A stretch of DNA of 64,000 bases from a virus. The DNA is taken from positions 5,673 to 69,672 of the IMG/VR virus record IMGVR_UViG_3300031857_007891. One strand, written 5' to 3'. The notes beneath the pieces were generated by a model, which had not been told where the DNA came from, made no database searches, and saw nothing but the letters and a program-made list of their open reading frames with translations. The position numbers and the translations under genes were made by a program. Below, piece by piece: positions 17,606-27,767 of this stretch (within the stretch, counting starts at the first letter, position 1; each line of letters opens with the position of its first letter).

Positions 17606-18412
17606 ATGGAAAGAAAAGTAATTGTTAGAAGAAAAGAGGTTCTTAACCATCTCCCAAAAGAGATTAGAGCAGGAGCCAAAGTGAAACTAGGGTCAATTTT
17701 TGTTGACCGTCTCCCACTCAAAGGAGTTGATGGAGAAGAAGAGCAAAAACTCTTGAAAAGAGTAATTGACGTTGCGGCAGGACACCCTGAATTTGGACCG
17801 AAAGCAAAAGACTTTTGGGCAAGTTTAACTCTCAGAGTTCCATTTGAAGGAGTAGAATTAGATATTTCTATCGACGCAAATGGAGAACCAGTTAACGCTA
17901 TGGATTACATATACTGGAAATGGTGTATGAAACATAGACATGTAGCTATGACTGAAGAGGAAATGAAACTAGATGCAAACAAAAGATTTTACATCTACGA
18001 TCCTCAGAAAGATCTACTTAAACGTAGTGAAAAGGTACAGGTTAAAAAGGAAGCTGACAAAGAGTTTATCAAGGTGTCAATGGAAGAGAGTAAGATGCAG
18101 ATGCTTCTTAGAGTTCTAACAGGAGGAGATCCTGATAGATTATCTAAGATAGAAATCGAAAACACTCTCTATGATTATAAGGAAAAGAATCCTGAGAGAT
18201 TCTTGAAGTATTCACTTGATACTAACCTTGAAGTTAGATTTGAAATCGAGGATATGATTGCAAAATCAATTCTTAGAAAAATCGGAAATCAGGTTATCTA
18301 TGAAGATGAGACAATTGGAGAGGATATGAAAGATACAATCACCTACTTCAAGAACAAGAAGAACTCAGGTATAGTAAATATATTGAGAGCAAAACTAAAA
18401 GAAGTATCATAG
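17606..18412 (+). CDS. conserved crAss-like protein downstream of MCP, 268 aa
   Basis: Long ORF; FW..L....P, P.N.MDYI.W, FYIYDP motifs; position in the head module. Confidence 0.8.
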   Translation: MERKVIVRRKEVLNHLPKEIRAGAKVKLGSIFVDRLPLKGVDGEEEQKLLKRVIDVAAGHPEFGPKAKDFWASLTLRVPFEGVELDISIDANGEPVNAMDYIYWKWCMKHRHVAMTEEEMKLDANKRFYIYDPQKDLLKRSEKVQVKKEADKEFIKVSMEESKMQMLLRVLTGGDPDRLSKIEIENTLYDYKEKNPERFLKYSLDTNLEVRFEIEDMIAKSILRKIGNQVIYEDETIGEDMKDTITYFKNKKNSGIVNILRAKLKEVS

Positions 18413-19593
18413 TGACTATTAACGAGATGCATATAGCTGTCAACCTGGGGGTGCAAAAGATTGCATCTTACCAGGTTGATGTCTTATTACCTGAGGAAAT
18501 CGATCATGAGTTAAATCTAGCAATGACTAGGTTTATAAAGCAGAAGTACAATCCTTCATCTAATAGATTGGGGAAAGGCTTTGAGCAATCTCAAAAAAGA
18601 ATCGATGACCTCAGGGCACTCGTTGTAGATGCTCAGATTGAAACATTTAATCATGGGATACTTAGTGATGTATTGGGTAAGTATGTATATACTGCCAATA
18701 GAACTAATATCTATGTAGATAGAACTACACTTCCACTAGATTATATGTTTCTAGTAGGAGTAAGAGGTATAGTTGAATACTCTTGTGATAAAGTACTTAC
18801 AAGCAATTCTTCTATAACATTTGCTTTACCAACAACTAGAAAATATATAGTTGCTATCCCAATGTACCCATCTTATGCAACTAATCTTAATGATTATGTT
18901 CTAAGTACAATTGTATTTAATGATTTTACAGGGGTTCAAACAACAGGGTTTACTAACTACAATAATTTAAAACTTCCAGTTCTACATGACGTCTTAATAG
19001 ACTCTAACAACTGGAATTCTGCAACTCCAGTAGTTAGCCAAAATACTGAAAGTACTTCAATAGGTACTACACACGTTACACCAACTGAGCAGTCAAATAA
19101 CTTACTTATTGAGGTAGGAGAAGACTTTTATAACAACTTAGCCGATAACTCGGCTATTGTAATAACCTGGTTAATTGACAATGCACCTGTCACAGTTAAT
19201 ATAAACAAAGATCAGTTTATAATTACTGAAACAAATAATAGAAAAATCTTAGCTGGTGGAGATAAAAGAATATCTCTTTGTAAATTTGCACAACAAGATG
19301 ACGTGATAAACATGATGTTAGATCCGTTTAATATCACTGATTATCGTTCTCCTGTGTACACGATAGAAGAGAACTTCATAGATATCCACACAGATAATAC
19401 ATTTATGGTTCCTGAAGTTGTACTTAAGTACATCAGAACCCCAAAAGCCATGTCTATAAAAGATGGGATAGGATGTGAACTTGCAGAACACGTTCACCCT
19501 GAAATTGTAGAAATGGCAATAAAGAGCATACTTGAGGGTGTACAAGACCCTAGGTATCAAACTCAAACTTTAGAAAATCTAGAGAGTGAGTAA
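18412..19593 (+). CDS. head-tail adaptor / ring protein with central insertion
   Basis: MTINEMH..EEIDHELN..GFEQSQKRIDDLR.L..LPLDYMF..YIRTP..CEL.EHVH.EIVEMA; GTG start overlaps the upstream TAG. Confidence 0.75.
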   Translation: MTINEMHIAVNLGVQKIASYQVDVLLPEEIDHELNLAMTRFIKQKYNPSSNRLGKGFEQSQKRIDDLRALVVDAQIETFNHGILSDVLGKYVYTANRTNIYVDRTTLPLDYMFLVGVRGIVEYSCDKVLTSNSSITFALPTTRKYIVAIPMYPSYATNLNDYVLSTIVFNDFTGVQTTGFTNYNNLKLPVLHDVLIDSNNWNSATPVVSQNTESTSIGTTHVTPTEQSNNLLIEVGEDFYNNLADNSAIVITWLIDNAPVTVNINKDQFIITETNNRKILAGGDKRISLCKFAQQDDVINMMLDPFNITDYRSPVYTIEENFIDIHTDNTFMVPEVVLKYIRTPKAMSIKDGIGCELAEHVHPEIVEMAIKSILEGVQDPRYQTQTLENLESE

Positions 19594-19632
19594 TAATTCA
19601 AATAATGTGTTTAACGCCTAAATTAATAAAAA

Positions 19633-20634
19633 ATGGCACCTTCTAATTTAAATCAGGTATTTATAGCTAACGTAGCTACTAATCCTGCAGCCTTTAATAC
19701 TTCAACTGCAGCTAATGCAAGTGCTATTGGAGTCTATTCTGTAGCTGGACCGAATGCTGGTTCTGTTATTTCTACTGCATTGACTGCTGAAACTACTATT
19801 CAGTTTTTTCAAACTATGCCTAGTGGTACTGCTACTATTGCATCTCCTTTGATTGATGTAAAAGATATTAAACGTATCAATTATAACAGACAAGTAGATT
19901 TTGTTCGTCATGCAGTTCCTGTAACTTGTGCAAACATTGCTAATACTGGTGATTCTGTAATGGTACGTATTGCACTTCGTACTGCTCCTACTGCTTATGC
20001 TAACTATTATCAAGATGGCGAGGCATTGGATTTGTCAGGTGCTGGATATGATTTCCCATTGCTTGGTAATTTTTCTGCAGGTCGTATGATTTTTAACGTA
20101 GAATTGACTGCTTCAACTGCTGCTGCAAACGCTACACAGTTAACAGACTTCATTAACAATCATCCAAGTTTGAAAAAAGTATTTACTGTAAGTGGTACTC
20201 CTACTGTAACTATTACTGCTCGTCATGCTGGAGTTGTATTTGATGTTACAGTTCAAGCTTTAGATGGCGCTGATGCTGATTTAGTAGGTCCTACTGGATT
20301 TAGTGTTGGTACTACTACTGGATTTGTAGGTGGAGCTGGTAATTACTATCAAGCACTTTCTGATGAAAAATCAATGCGCGCTAGATATGGTAACTTTAAC
20401 CGTATGTATTTCCCTGCAACTTTCCCAACATTTGCACAATCTGGAAATACTTACGATGTGCTTGAAATTGCTTATGAGCATGGTCATCCATCATCTACTG
20501 GTATTGCTCGTGCAGGTGAGTTGAATACTATTAAAATTTATGTAGTAGAAACTGCTCTAGGTAGTACTACTTTGGATACTACATTCGGAATTGGAGCTTC
20601 TTGGGGAGTATCTGATTTGGAATTAACGTATTAA
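19633..20634 (+). CDS. abundant structural protein (possible auxiliary capsid protein), 333 aa
   Basis: A/T/G-rich, MCP-like codon bias (mostly CGT for Arg), own terminator. Confidence 0.65.
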   Translation: MAPSNLNQVFIANVATNPAAFNTSTAANASAIGVYSVAGPNAGSVISTALTAETTIQFFQTMPSGTATIASPLIDVKDIKRINYNRQVDFVRHAVPVTCANIANTGDSVMVRIALRTAPTAYANYYQDGEALDLSGAGYDFPLLGNFSAGRMIFNVELTASTAAANATQLTDFINNHPSLKKVFTVSGTPTVTITARHAGVVFDVTVQALDGADADLVGPTGFSVGTTTGFVGGAGNYYQALSDEKSMRARYGNFNRMYFPATFPTFAQSGNTYDVLEIAYEHGHPSSTGIARAGELNTIKIYVVETALGSTTLDTTFGIGASWGVSDLELTY

Positions 20635-20648
20635 TCTTAATTAAATTG

Positions 20649-20676
20649 AAAAGTAGGGGAGCAATCCCCTACTTTT
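20649..20676 (+). terminator. intrinsic terminator with GCAA tetraloop
   Basis: AAAAGTAGGGGA-GCAA-TCCCCTACTTTT perfect inverted repeat. Confidence 0.92.
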
Positions 20677-20701
20677 TATTATCTTTACAAAAACTACTGA
20701 A

Positions 20702-21199
20702 ATGATAATTGACTCTATAACCTTTTCCCCTAATTGTAAGAAAATCACAGTAGTAATCTCAGATTGCCCTAACCCAATAACTATTGCTTACGAGAATAAA
20801 GTAAGTAATAAGCTTGCTCATACTACTCAATCATTAGTCCCATCAAATGACGACATAGTGATATGGGAAGAGTATGCACCTACTTTAGAGGTAGGTAATT
20901 CAGCAATTAATGGGGTAGTTGCTGTGACTGCTACAGATAGTATTACAGCTGCAGTTGTTTCTGGGGCAGCAGTATCAAGTTGTGAACTATACTGCTGTAT
21001 AGCTAAACTTGTAGAGTCAGGAATATCTTGCACTTGCAACTGTTCTAAATGTGATGATGATATTAGAACTGCTGAGAAGATTCATCTTCTAGTTAAATCA
21101 GCAGAATCTGCTGCAACTCAGGGCACTGTTACTGATGCAATTGATAAATATACTAAAGCTAAATCACTCTGTGACACCACATGTGGATGTGGATGCTAA
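20702..21199 (+). CDS. Cys-rich tail-associated protein (possible fibre hub)
   Basis: CELYCC..CTCNCSKC..CDTTCGCGC; lies between the capsid accessory gene and fibre genes; TATCTTTA at 20680-20687. Confidence 0.6.
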   Translation: MIIDSITFSPNCKKITVVISDCPNPITIAYENKVSNKLAHTTQSLVPSNDDIVIWEEYAPTLEVGNSAINGVVAVTATDSITAAVVSGAAVSSCELYCCIAKLVESGISCTCNCSKCDDDIRTAEKIHLLVKSAESAATQGTVTDAIDKYTKAKSLCDTTCGCGC

Positions 21200-21208
21200 T
21201 TAACTGAT

Positions 21209-23611
21209 ATGCCAAAAGTCTGCCTAACATGCTCTCAAGATATTAATGATCCCTGTTTCGGGGTCTTAATATACTTTACAATCCCTAGAAACTCTTCAAT
21301 TATAGAGACTGATACTGTCAAGGTAATAACCCCTAGTACAGTTACAACTCCAGGATTGATTGAAATCTCTCCGTTTGTAAACTTAAATGCATCAGGAGAT
21401 ATCTTCTATCAGTTCAATATAATACTTTCAAGTATTGAAACAGCCAACTTTGTAATATATAGAAGAGCAGGCAATACCCACTGGGTAGTTGGAAGAAGAC
21501 TTGATCCAGAGTCAGTTACATACATAGAATATGCTACAGCTGTTTGGAATGAAGGAGATGATTGCATATTCAGTCATGTATTAACCTGGACACCAAATAC
21601 GACATTTACGATAGGGGCAGAGACTTACTCTATTCCCCCTGAATTCAATATAGATAGTGTTGACCAAGCAGTTATCCCAACACCATCAGAAAATCTCAAT
21701 ATCTGTGACCCTCCAGTTAACGTCCCTATAGATGTTAACAGCAAAGAGTACACAGCTGTAACAATTAATGACCTTGATAAGTGTCTTGTTTCTAAAGGAA
21801 CAGACTACTTAAATAAACTTAAAGGTGGAATAGCATGTTCTAATCTAGAACTAGTAAAGCTAGGATTGATTATAGAACTGCTAAAGAAAAAAGACTGTGA
21901 GACTGCTCTCCCGTGCCTGTACAATAGAAGAGACTTCCCTACCACATTATATAAAGGGAATTCTTGCTCAGACTTAAACTACATATCAGGGGATAGAATT
22001 AACTTATCTGGAAACTTTATAGGATATGCAGGAGCTAACTTTAATGTTAGCTGTGGTGGACCATTTCCTAATGTAGACTACGTTACCCCAGAGCCAGTTT
22101 GTGATACATGTCCAACTGGATATGATTTCGATGTAGTTAACACCCAAGAGATATGTGTAGAAACAACAAATCAAGCTGCAATCACTGATCCTGTAACCCC
22201 CAATACAACTACAATAAGAGCTGGAACTCCAAATGGTGCATACGGTTCTGGGGGATTAAACCTAATTCAACCTATAAATGATTACTTAAATGATCTTCCA
22301 ATAAATTTCTCTGGGACAGCAGTAGGGAATTATACTTTTAAAAGTGCATCAGGAACAACAATACCAGGGGATTCAGGAACTATTACAATAGGAGGATCTG
22401 AATATCCAGCATATTCTAAGAATAATACATATCAGTTTGTTCAATTAAACAATCCATTATTCTCTTCGAGGACTGGGTGGAACATTGGTAATATATCAGG
22501 TAGTACATCTACTGGAAATGGAATGCTTAATTACAGTGGTATTTGGGTAAATGGTACAGCTGTTGATTGTGATTTACTATCACCATCAATACCTGCATGT
22601 GACACAGCTAACCTATATGTTGAAATTTATAAATGTTTAGTAATACCAAACTCTCAAACTGAACGAAATTACTTAATAGGAATAGCAGCTGATAATGCTA
22701 TTAAAATAGAAATTAAAGGTCCTGGATTTGGGGATGGACAATCTTTTGTGGAATTTATAAAATTAAGTGCTACTGATTCAGGACATCAAGATCCTTTCCT
22801 ATGGTATCACGCTATCCCAATTACATTTGATCCTGGGTCATATACTTTTAAGATAAGACTTTATAACTATGGTAGTGTTTCTTCTATTGCTGTTGATATA
22901 TTCAATATATCTATAACTAAATTTAAAGAAGAGTTTTGTAACACTAATTTGATGGTATACAATACTCCTACAGGAGTTGGAGGAGCCCAATCAATAGTGG
23001 GGGCAACATTCCCTGATGGGGATGTAGTTAATTCAAGTACTCTAGCTAATAAAAGAACTGCATTATTTAGTTCTACTTATTGTGTGTTTAGTTTAGGGGG
23101 AGATGCTTTTGCTGGGCAAATAGTAGGGAATACGGTTTATACACAAGCAGTAGATTACTCATGTCCATTAGGGGCAGCTTTAGATTACTGTGCTAATCCT
23201 ACTGCCCCAACATGTTCTACAATTACAGATACTGTACCCTATTATAATTGCTGTAATCAACCAGCTTGTCTAGAAAATCTAGAAGGATTTAGCTCTGAAA
23301 TTGTAGATGTAATTTATGATGAAAACATAGATGTAAGTACACTAGTATTAGCTACGCCTATCCCAGAGGAAGCAGTAGGGAATGGAAATACTTGTATTAA
23401 CTACTGTATCTCTTACTCCCCTACACCAGAAACTTACCTAGAGACATTTGTAAACTATATCAGTAAAGAATGTCGTAGTTGTGTAACTAATCCTACTAAG
23501 TTTAGTGTATCAACCCCTATCCCTGTAGTTCCTCAAAGAACTCCTGAAACAGTGACAACAAGTACTGGACAAAATATCACTCTTGAAAACGGATCAAATA
23601 TAACCTTATAA
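21209..23611 (+). CDS. Cys-rich tail/fibre protein with possible PA14-like sugar-binding domain, 800 aa
   Basis: Many Cys, CPTGY/CPLG segments, YLIGIAADNAIKIEI..PITFDPGSYTF..N.G beta-sandwich. Confidence 0.6.
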   Translation: MPKVCLTCSQDINDPCFGVLIYFTIPRNSSIIETDTVKVITPSTVTTPGLIEISPFVNLNASGDIFYQFNIILSSIETANFVIYRRAGNTHWVVGRRLDPESVTYIEYATAVWNEGDDCIFSHVLTWTPNTTFTIGAETYSIPPEFNIDSVDQAVIPTPSENLNICDPPVNVPIDVNSKEYTAVTINDLDKCLVSKGTDYLNKLKGGIACSNLELVKLGLIIELLKKKDCETALPCLYNRRDFPTTLYKGNSCSDLNYISGDRINLSGNFIGYAGANFNVSCGGPFPNVDYVTPEPVCDTCPTGYDFDVVNTQEICVETTNQAAITDPVTPNTTTIRAGTPNGAYGSGGLNLIQPINDYLNDLPINFSGTAVGNYTFKSASGTTIPGDSGTITIGGSEYPAYSKNNTYQFVQLNNPLFSSRTGWNIGNISGSTSTGNGMLNYSGIWVNGTAVDCDLLSPSIPACDTANLYVEIYKCLVIPNSQTERNYLIGIAADNAIKIEIKGPGFGDGQSFVEFIKLSATDSGHQDPFLWYHAIPITFDPGSYTFKIRLYNYGSVSSIAVDIFNISITKFKEEFCNTNLMVYNTPTGVGGAQSIVGATFPDGDVVNSSTLANKRTALFSSTYCVFSLGGDAFAGQIVGNTVYTQAVDYSCPLGAALDYCANPTAPTCSTITDTVPYYNCCNQPACLENLEGFSSEIVDVIYDENIDVSTLVLATPIPEEAVGNGNTCINYCISYSPTPETYLETFVNYISKECRSCVTNPTKFSVSTPIPVVPQRTPETVTTSTGQNITLENGSNITL

Positions 23612-23612
23612 A

Positions 23613-24890
23613 ATGGCAACAATAACCAGCCTTCCAACTTTAGCTAAGAATAGTGTTACAGCATCTCATTACTTGCTTGTAGCTGCTACTAACAATAATT
23701 ATAAGTTTACTCTACAGGACCTCTTCCCAACTCTTACAACTTTGGGGTCAGGACAATCTGTATTTGTAAGTATTACAAGTAAGAATGTAATTAACTTTAA
23801 AGGGATTGCATCTGTAAACAACTTAATTACTGTTGCCACTGCTAGTAACAATGTTACTTTGCAACTTAATGAGGCTAATATCAATCTTGCTAATTGTAAT
23901 AATACTAGCTCAGGATTCCTTACTAGTGTAGCTTTAGCTTCAGGAACTGTAACTGGTACTCTTCCTGTTGCAAAGGGAGGCACAGGAGCAACTACATTAA
24001 CTGCTAATACACTTCTTCTTGCAAATGGAACTTCAGCTCTGACTTCACTTGGAGCAGCAACCAATGGTCAAATCCCAATTGGAAGAACAGGTTTAGCTCC
24101 AGTACTTGCTAACCTAACAGCTGGTTCTAATATTACTATTACTAATGGGTCTGGATCTATAACTATTGCTGCAGCATTCTCAACATTGGCAACTGCTTTA
24201 AATGCTAATAGCAATAACATTTACGGATTTAACTGGTTGAGCCCTGATACTAGCAATAGAGGTCTTAAGTTTAATGGAACTGGACAGACATTTATTGGTA
24301 GTGGTACCCCAACTCCATTCTATAGTGGAGACTTAAACGTAGCTAACAATATTTACGTTAATGGTAATGTATCTCAAACTATTGGTTCTATACTTACTGC
24401 TACTGTTACTCCTGCGGCTTTAACTATTAGATCAGCAGATGCTAATGCTTCTAATAAAGGAGGAGATTTGTATATTAAAGCTGGCTCTTCGTTCGGAGCT
24501 AACTTAGGAGGTGAGCTAGAACTTTATGCAGGAAAGCATGACGGAGCTGGTACGTCCGGAAATATATCATTCTATGGGTACGATAGTGCAGGCAGTGTAC
24601 ATTCATTAATGACACTTAAAGGTGCTAGTAGATATATTGGAATTAACAATACATCTCCATCAGCTCCATTAGATGTTAAACAAAATAGCACAACTGCTAA
24701 TATTCCGGCTCTGGAGTTAGAACAGCTTGACACAGACGAATCTTTCATTAACTTTGTCGGAACTAGCAGTGCAGCTAGTGCTAACTCAATCTCTAGCTCA
24801 ACAGCATCAGCAGGTGCTAAGACTGGAGCAATAAAAATTAAAATTAACGGTGTAGATGCTTGGATTAGAGTCTACGCCACAGCAGAGTAA
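23613..24890 (+). CDS. tail fibre protein, 425 aa
   Basis: MATITSLP N-terminus, GTLPVAKGGTGAT, GGDLYIKAG, IGINNTSPSAPLDV, IKIKING..WI fibre motifs. Confidence 0.8.
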   Translation: MATITSLPTLAKNSVTASHYLLVAATNNNYKFTLQDLFPTLTTLGSGQSVFVSITSKNVINFKGIASVNNLITVATASNNVTLQLNEANINLANCNNTSSGFLTSVALASGTVTGTLPVAKGGTGATTLTANTLLLANGTSALTSLGAATNGQIPIGRTGLAPVLANLTAGSNITITNGSGSITIAAAFSTLATALNANSNNIYGFNWLSPDTSNRGLKFNGTGQTFIGSGTPTPFYSGDLNVANNIYVNGNVSQTIGSILTATVTPAALTIRSADANASNKGGDLYIKAGSSFGANLGGELELYAGKHDGAGTSGNISFYGYDSAGSVHSLMTLKGASRYIGINNTSPSAPLDVKQNSTTANIPALELEQLDTDESFINFVGTSSAASANSISSSTASAGAKTGAIKIKINGVDAWIRVYATAE

Positions 24891-24913
24891 TTTCAAACCA
24901 AACATTATATTTT

Positions 24914-25327
24914 ATGAACAAGATTTATGTAACAGCGACGAACAGAGACTTCTTAAACATTTTTAAGACTCTTACAGACACTAAGAATGTTAAAGACACT
25001 TCTTATGCAAAGACAGTAGTAGAGAATTCAGAGGCTATCATGAAGCATCTGGCAGAACTCGAAGAGTTGTCTAAGCCATCTCAGGAGTTTATTGAACTAG
25101 CTATGAAAGCTAAAGCTCTGATCGACGCAGGTGATGAAGAAGGATTGAAGAAGTATGAAGAAGAAAACAAAGACATTGTAGAAGAGAGAAAGAACCAATT
25201 GGATAAAGTTAACTCTAGACTAGATGAAGCATCATCTATGGAGTTGATTCTAATTGAAGAAACTAATCTACCTTCTGACCTGGATGCAGACCAATTAGCA
25301 AGTCTTCGTCCTATAATTAAAAAATAG
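24914..25327 (+). CDS. coiled-coil protein, possible fibre chaperone
   Basis: Charged helical 137-aa protein directly after the fibre gene. Confidence 0.55.
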   Translation: MNKIYVTATNRDFLNIFKTLTDTKNVKDTSYAKTVVENSEAIMKHLAELEELSKPSQEFIELAMKAKALIDAGDEEGLKKYEEENKDIVEERKNQLDKVNSRLDEASSMELILIEETNLPSDLDADQLASLRPIIKK

Positions 25328-25330
25328 CCT

Positions 25331-26461
25331 ATGAAGCAGCACTTGTTGATAGAGACATTAAAGGATAAACAGGGTTACCTTAAATCAGGGCCGACCAAAG
25401 TTTCTCAAATATTTAATGTCTCTATCGATAATGCTGTTAATGCTATCAGAGAAGCTAAAAGACAGCTAAAGCTAGATAATAGCAATAGCAGTGATAACAG
25501 AATAACAGAGTTTGAAAACTATCTGGCAGAAAACGGAATTGAAAGAGATAGTGTAACATCTGTTAAGTTCTGGCAGACAATGAAAGGAGAACAACGGTTC
25601 TCTGTGGTAACTAAAGATGACAAAGCCTCTATTGAGGAGATAAAGAAAGAGATTGAGGAATTTGCTACGATATTCAGTCCGACTGTATTCAAGCAATCTC
25701 CCCCATTCCAAGAAAAAGATGGGGTAGCTTATGAGATATCTCTTCCTGATATTCACTATGGTAAACTCACTGAGCTTAGCATAGAAGCAGCAGAAGAGCA
25801 GTTCATGAGCACTATTCATAACTTAGTGGAAAAAGCTAAGGGATTAGATATTGAGAAGTTCATCCTTCCTATCGGGAATGACGGGATGAACTCTGAAGGG
25901 ATGAGGCTTACTACAACCAAAGGCACCTTTCAGCATGACTCAATAGGATGGAGAGAGAGCTTTCAGGGATATTGTATGCTAATGACTAGAGCTATTGACT
26001 ATCTAAAAGCTAAAGCTCCAGTCCAAATAGTAGTTGTATCAGGGAATCACGATTTTGAAAGAATGTTTTATGCCGGAGATTTCATCAAAGGATGGTATAG
26101 AAATGATAAGAATGTTGTTGTAGACAACAGCATGGAGAGTAGAAAGTATGTAGAGTACGGAGTAAACATGATAATGTATACTCACGGGGATAAGGAAAGA
26201 CCAAGTGAAATGCCACTGATTATGGCAACTGAGCAACCAGAGATGTTTGCCAGATGCTCAGTTAGAGAGGTGCACTGTGGTCACTTACATAAGGAAATGG
26301 TCAATGAGTACCGTGGAATTAAAGTAAGATTTATCCCCTCCATTTGTGCTAATGATGACTGGCACAAAACTATGGGATACTCAGCTATTAGAACAGGCCA
26401 GGCTTATATCTGGAGTAAAACTAATGGACTAGAAGGCTATCTACAAACTATTGTAAAATGA
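25331..26461 (+). CDS. calcineurin-like metallophosphoesterase
   Basis: PDIHYG, GND, GNHD, HGD, GHLH metal-binding motifs. Confidence 0.9.
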   Translation: MKQHLLIETLKDKQGYLKSGPTKVSQIFNVSIDNAVNAIREAKRQLKLDNSNSSDNRITEFENYLAENGIERDSVTSVKFWQTMKGEQRFSVVTKDDKASIEEIKKEIEEFATIFSPTVFKQSPPFQEKDGVAYEISLPDIHYGKLTELSIEAAEEQFMSTIHNLVEKAKGLDIEKFILPIGNDGMNSEGMRLTTTKGTFQHDSIGWRESFQGYCMLMTRAIDYLKAKAPVQIVVVSGNHDFERMFYAGDFIKGWYRNDKNVVVDNSMESRKYVEYGVNMIMYTHGDKERPSEMPLIMATEQPEMFARCSVREVHCGHLHKEMVNEYRGIKVRFIPSICANDDWHKTMGYSAIRTGQAYIWSKTNGLEGYLQTIVK

Positions 26462-26757
26462 GTGAAGATGAATACGACGAAGAATTCGAACGGACTATGG
26501 ACGAATTCATCGAGAAAGTAGCATCAATTGATGCTTGTTACAACAATGGCTATAAGTTAATCACAGCTAAACAGACACTAGCTGAGTTAACTACTGAAAA
26601 GCTTGTGGTGTTATTTCCATTTAACCCCAGCAAGCTTGAGGATTTTTTGAATGTTGCAGACCTTATGATAAGTTATTTTGAACAAAACGAAGAATACGAG
26701 AAATGCATAGACTTAGTGAGAGCTAAGGAAGAGATGACTAATAAAATAAGTAACTAA
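26458..26757 (+). CDS. acidic protein with UVR-like C-terminal motif
   Basis: FEQNEEYEKCIDL resembles the UvrB/C coiled-coil motif; ATGA overlap with the upstream gene end. Confidence 0.6.
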   Translation: MSEDEYDEEFERTMDEFIEKVASIDACYNNGYKLITAKQTLAELTTEKLVVLFPFNPSKLEDFLNVADLMISYFEQNEEYEKCIDLVRAKEEMTNKISN

Positions 26758-26768
26758 TACATTCGTAA

Positions 26769-27479
26769 ATGACCTTAGATGAGATTGCATATAATCTATT
26801 AAATTCTTTTAGGGGAGGTAGGTCTTCTCAAGATGAGACTATATCAATAGATCAGATCAAGTTTAACATTAAGCACTATCGTGCTGTATTCATTCGTAGA
26901 GACTATGCTAGAAATGGACTAGTTACTAGGCACTTGGAGCAGGATCTTAGATGCATTGAACTAGAGAAGGTAGACCTATCTAAATGCTGTGGGATAACCT
27001 TAAACTGTCCTGCCTACAGGAGTGTGAAGAGAATCCCTAGAACTGTGAGATTTAACTTCGAAGAAGCTATCACATATGTAGGGGATATAACAGGATTAAA
27101 GAGATTTCAAATAATTAAACCATATGAAGTAAACTACTTGTCAGCTGATAGGTATACTGGAAAGAATACTAAGGCTTACATGATTGAGGATTACTTATAT
27201 GTAATAAATTCAGATGCAGACTTTGTCAATATTAGAGGGATATTTGAAGACCCTGAAGAGGCTCTTAAGTTTACGGATTGTAACGGCACTCCTTGTTATA
27301 CTGATGATTCTCCCTTTCCTATGCCGATGGACATGGTGCAGGCTGTTACCCAGGGCATGATAAACGGAGAATTAAGACTATTAGCAGGCACATTCTCGGA
27401 TACTTCCGCAGATAGAAGTCAAGATAGTCCTAATAGTATCCCACAAAATAATCAACAAGGCAATAGCAAAGAACAATAA
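26769..27479 (+). CDS. ring / head-tail adaptor protein
   Basis: MTLDEIAY..Q.L.C.EL.KVD...C..YLY...V.IRGIFEDP..D..FP pattern of crAss-like ring proteins. Confidence 0.75.
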   Translation: MTLDEIAYNLLNSFRGGRSSQDETISIDQIKFNIKHYRAVFIRRDYARNGLVTRHLEQDLRCIELEKVDLSKCCGITLNCPAYRSVKRIPRTVRFNFEEAITYVGDITGLKRFQIIKPYEVNYLSADRYTGKNTKAYMIEDYLYVINSDADFVNIRGIFEDPEEALKFTDCNGTPCYTDDSPFPMPMDMVQAVTQGMINGELRLLAGTFSDTSADRSQDSPNSIPQNNQQGNSKEQ

Positions 27480-27486
27480 TATTATT

Positions 27487-27494
27487 TAACTTTG
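27487..27494 (+). promoter_or_regulatory. -7 promoter element TAACTTTG, 5 nt before ATG 27500
   Basis: Exact TAnnTTTG in a 20-nt intergenic gap. Confidence 0.65.
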
Positions 27495-27499
27495 TAGCA

Positions 27500-27766
27500 A
27501 TGGCATCACCAGCATGGCAACGATCAGAAGGTAAGAACCCAAAAGGGGGATTAAATGCCAAAGGCAGGGCATCTTACCGTGCTGCTAACCCAGGCTCTAA
27601 ACTTGGAGCCCCACAACCTAAAGGAGGAAGCCGACGTAACTCCTTCTGTAACAGGATGTGTGGCATGAAATCTAAGCTTACATCAAGCAAAACTGCAAAC
27701 GACCCAAATTCAAGAATAAACAAGTCTCTTCGCATCTGGAAATGTGGGAGCTGCTCAAACTGGTAA
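27500..27766 (+). CDS. small basic phage protein (DUF6321-like)
   Basis: AWQRSEGKNPKGGLNAKGRASY...RRNSFC.RM.GMK...DPNSRINKSLR.W.C, a widespread phage family. Confidence 0.8.
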   Translation: MASPAWQRSEGKNPKGGLNAKGRASYRAANPGSKLGAPQPKGGSRRNSFCNRMCGMKSKLTSSKTANDPNSRINKSLRIWKCGSCSNW

Positions 27767-27767
27767 A

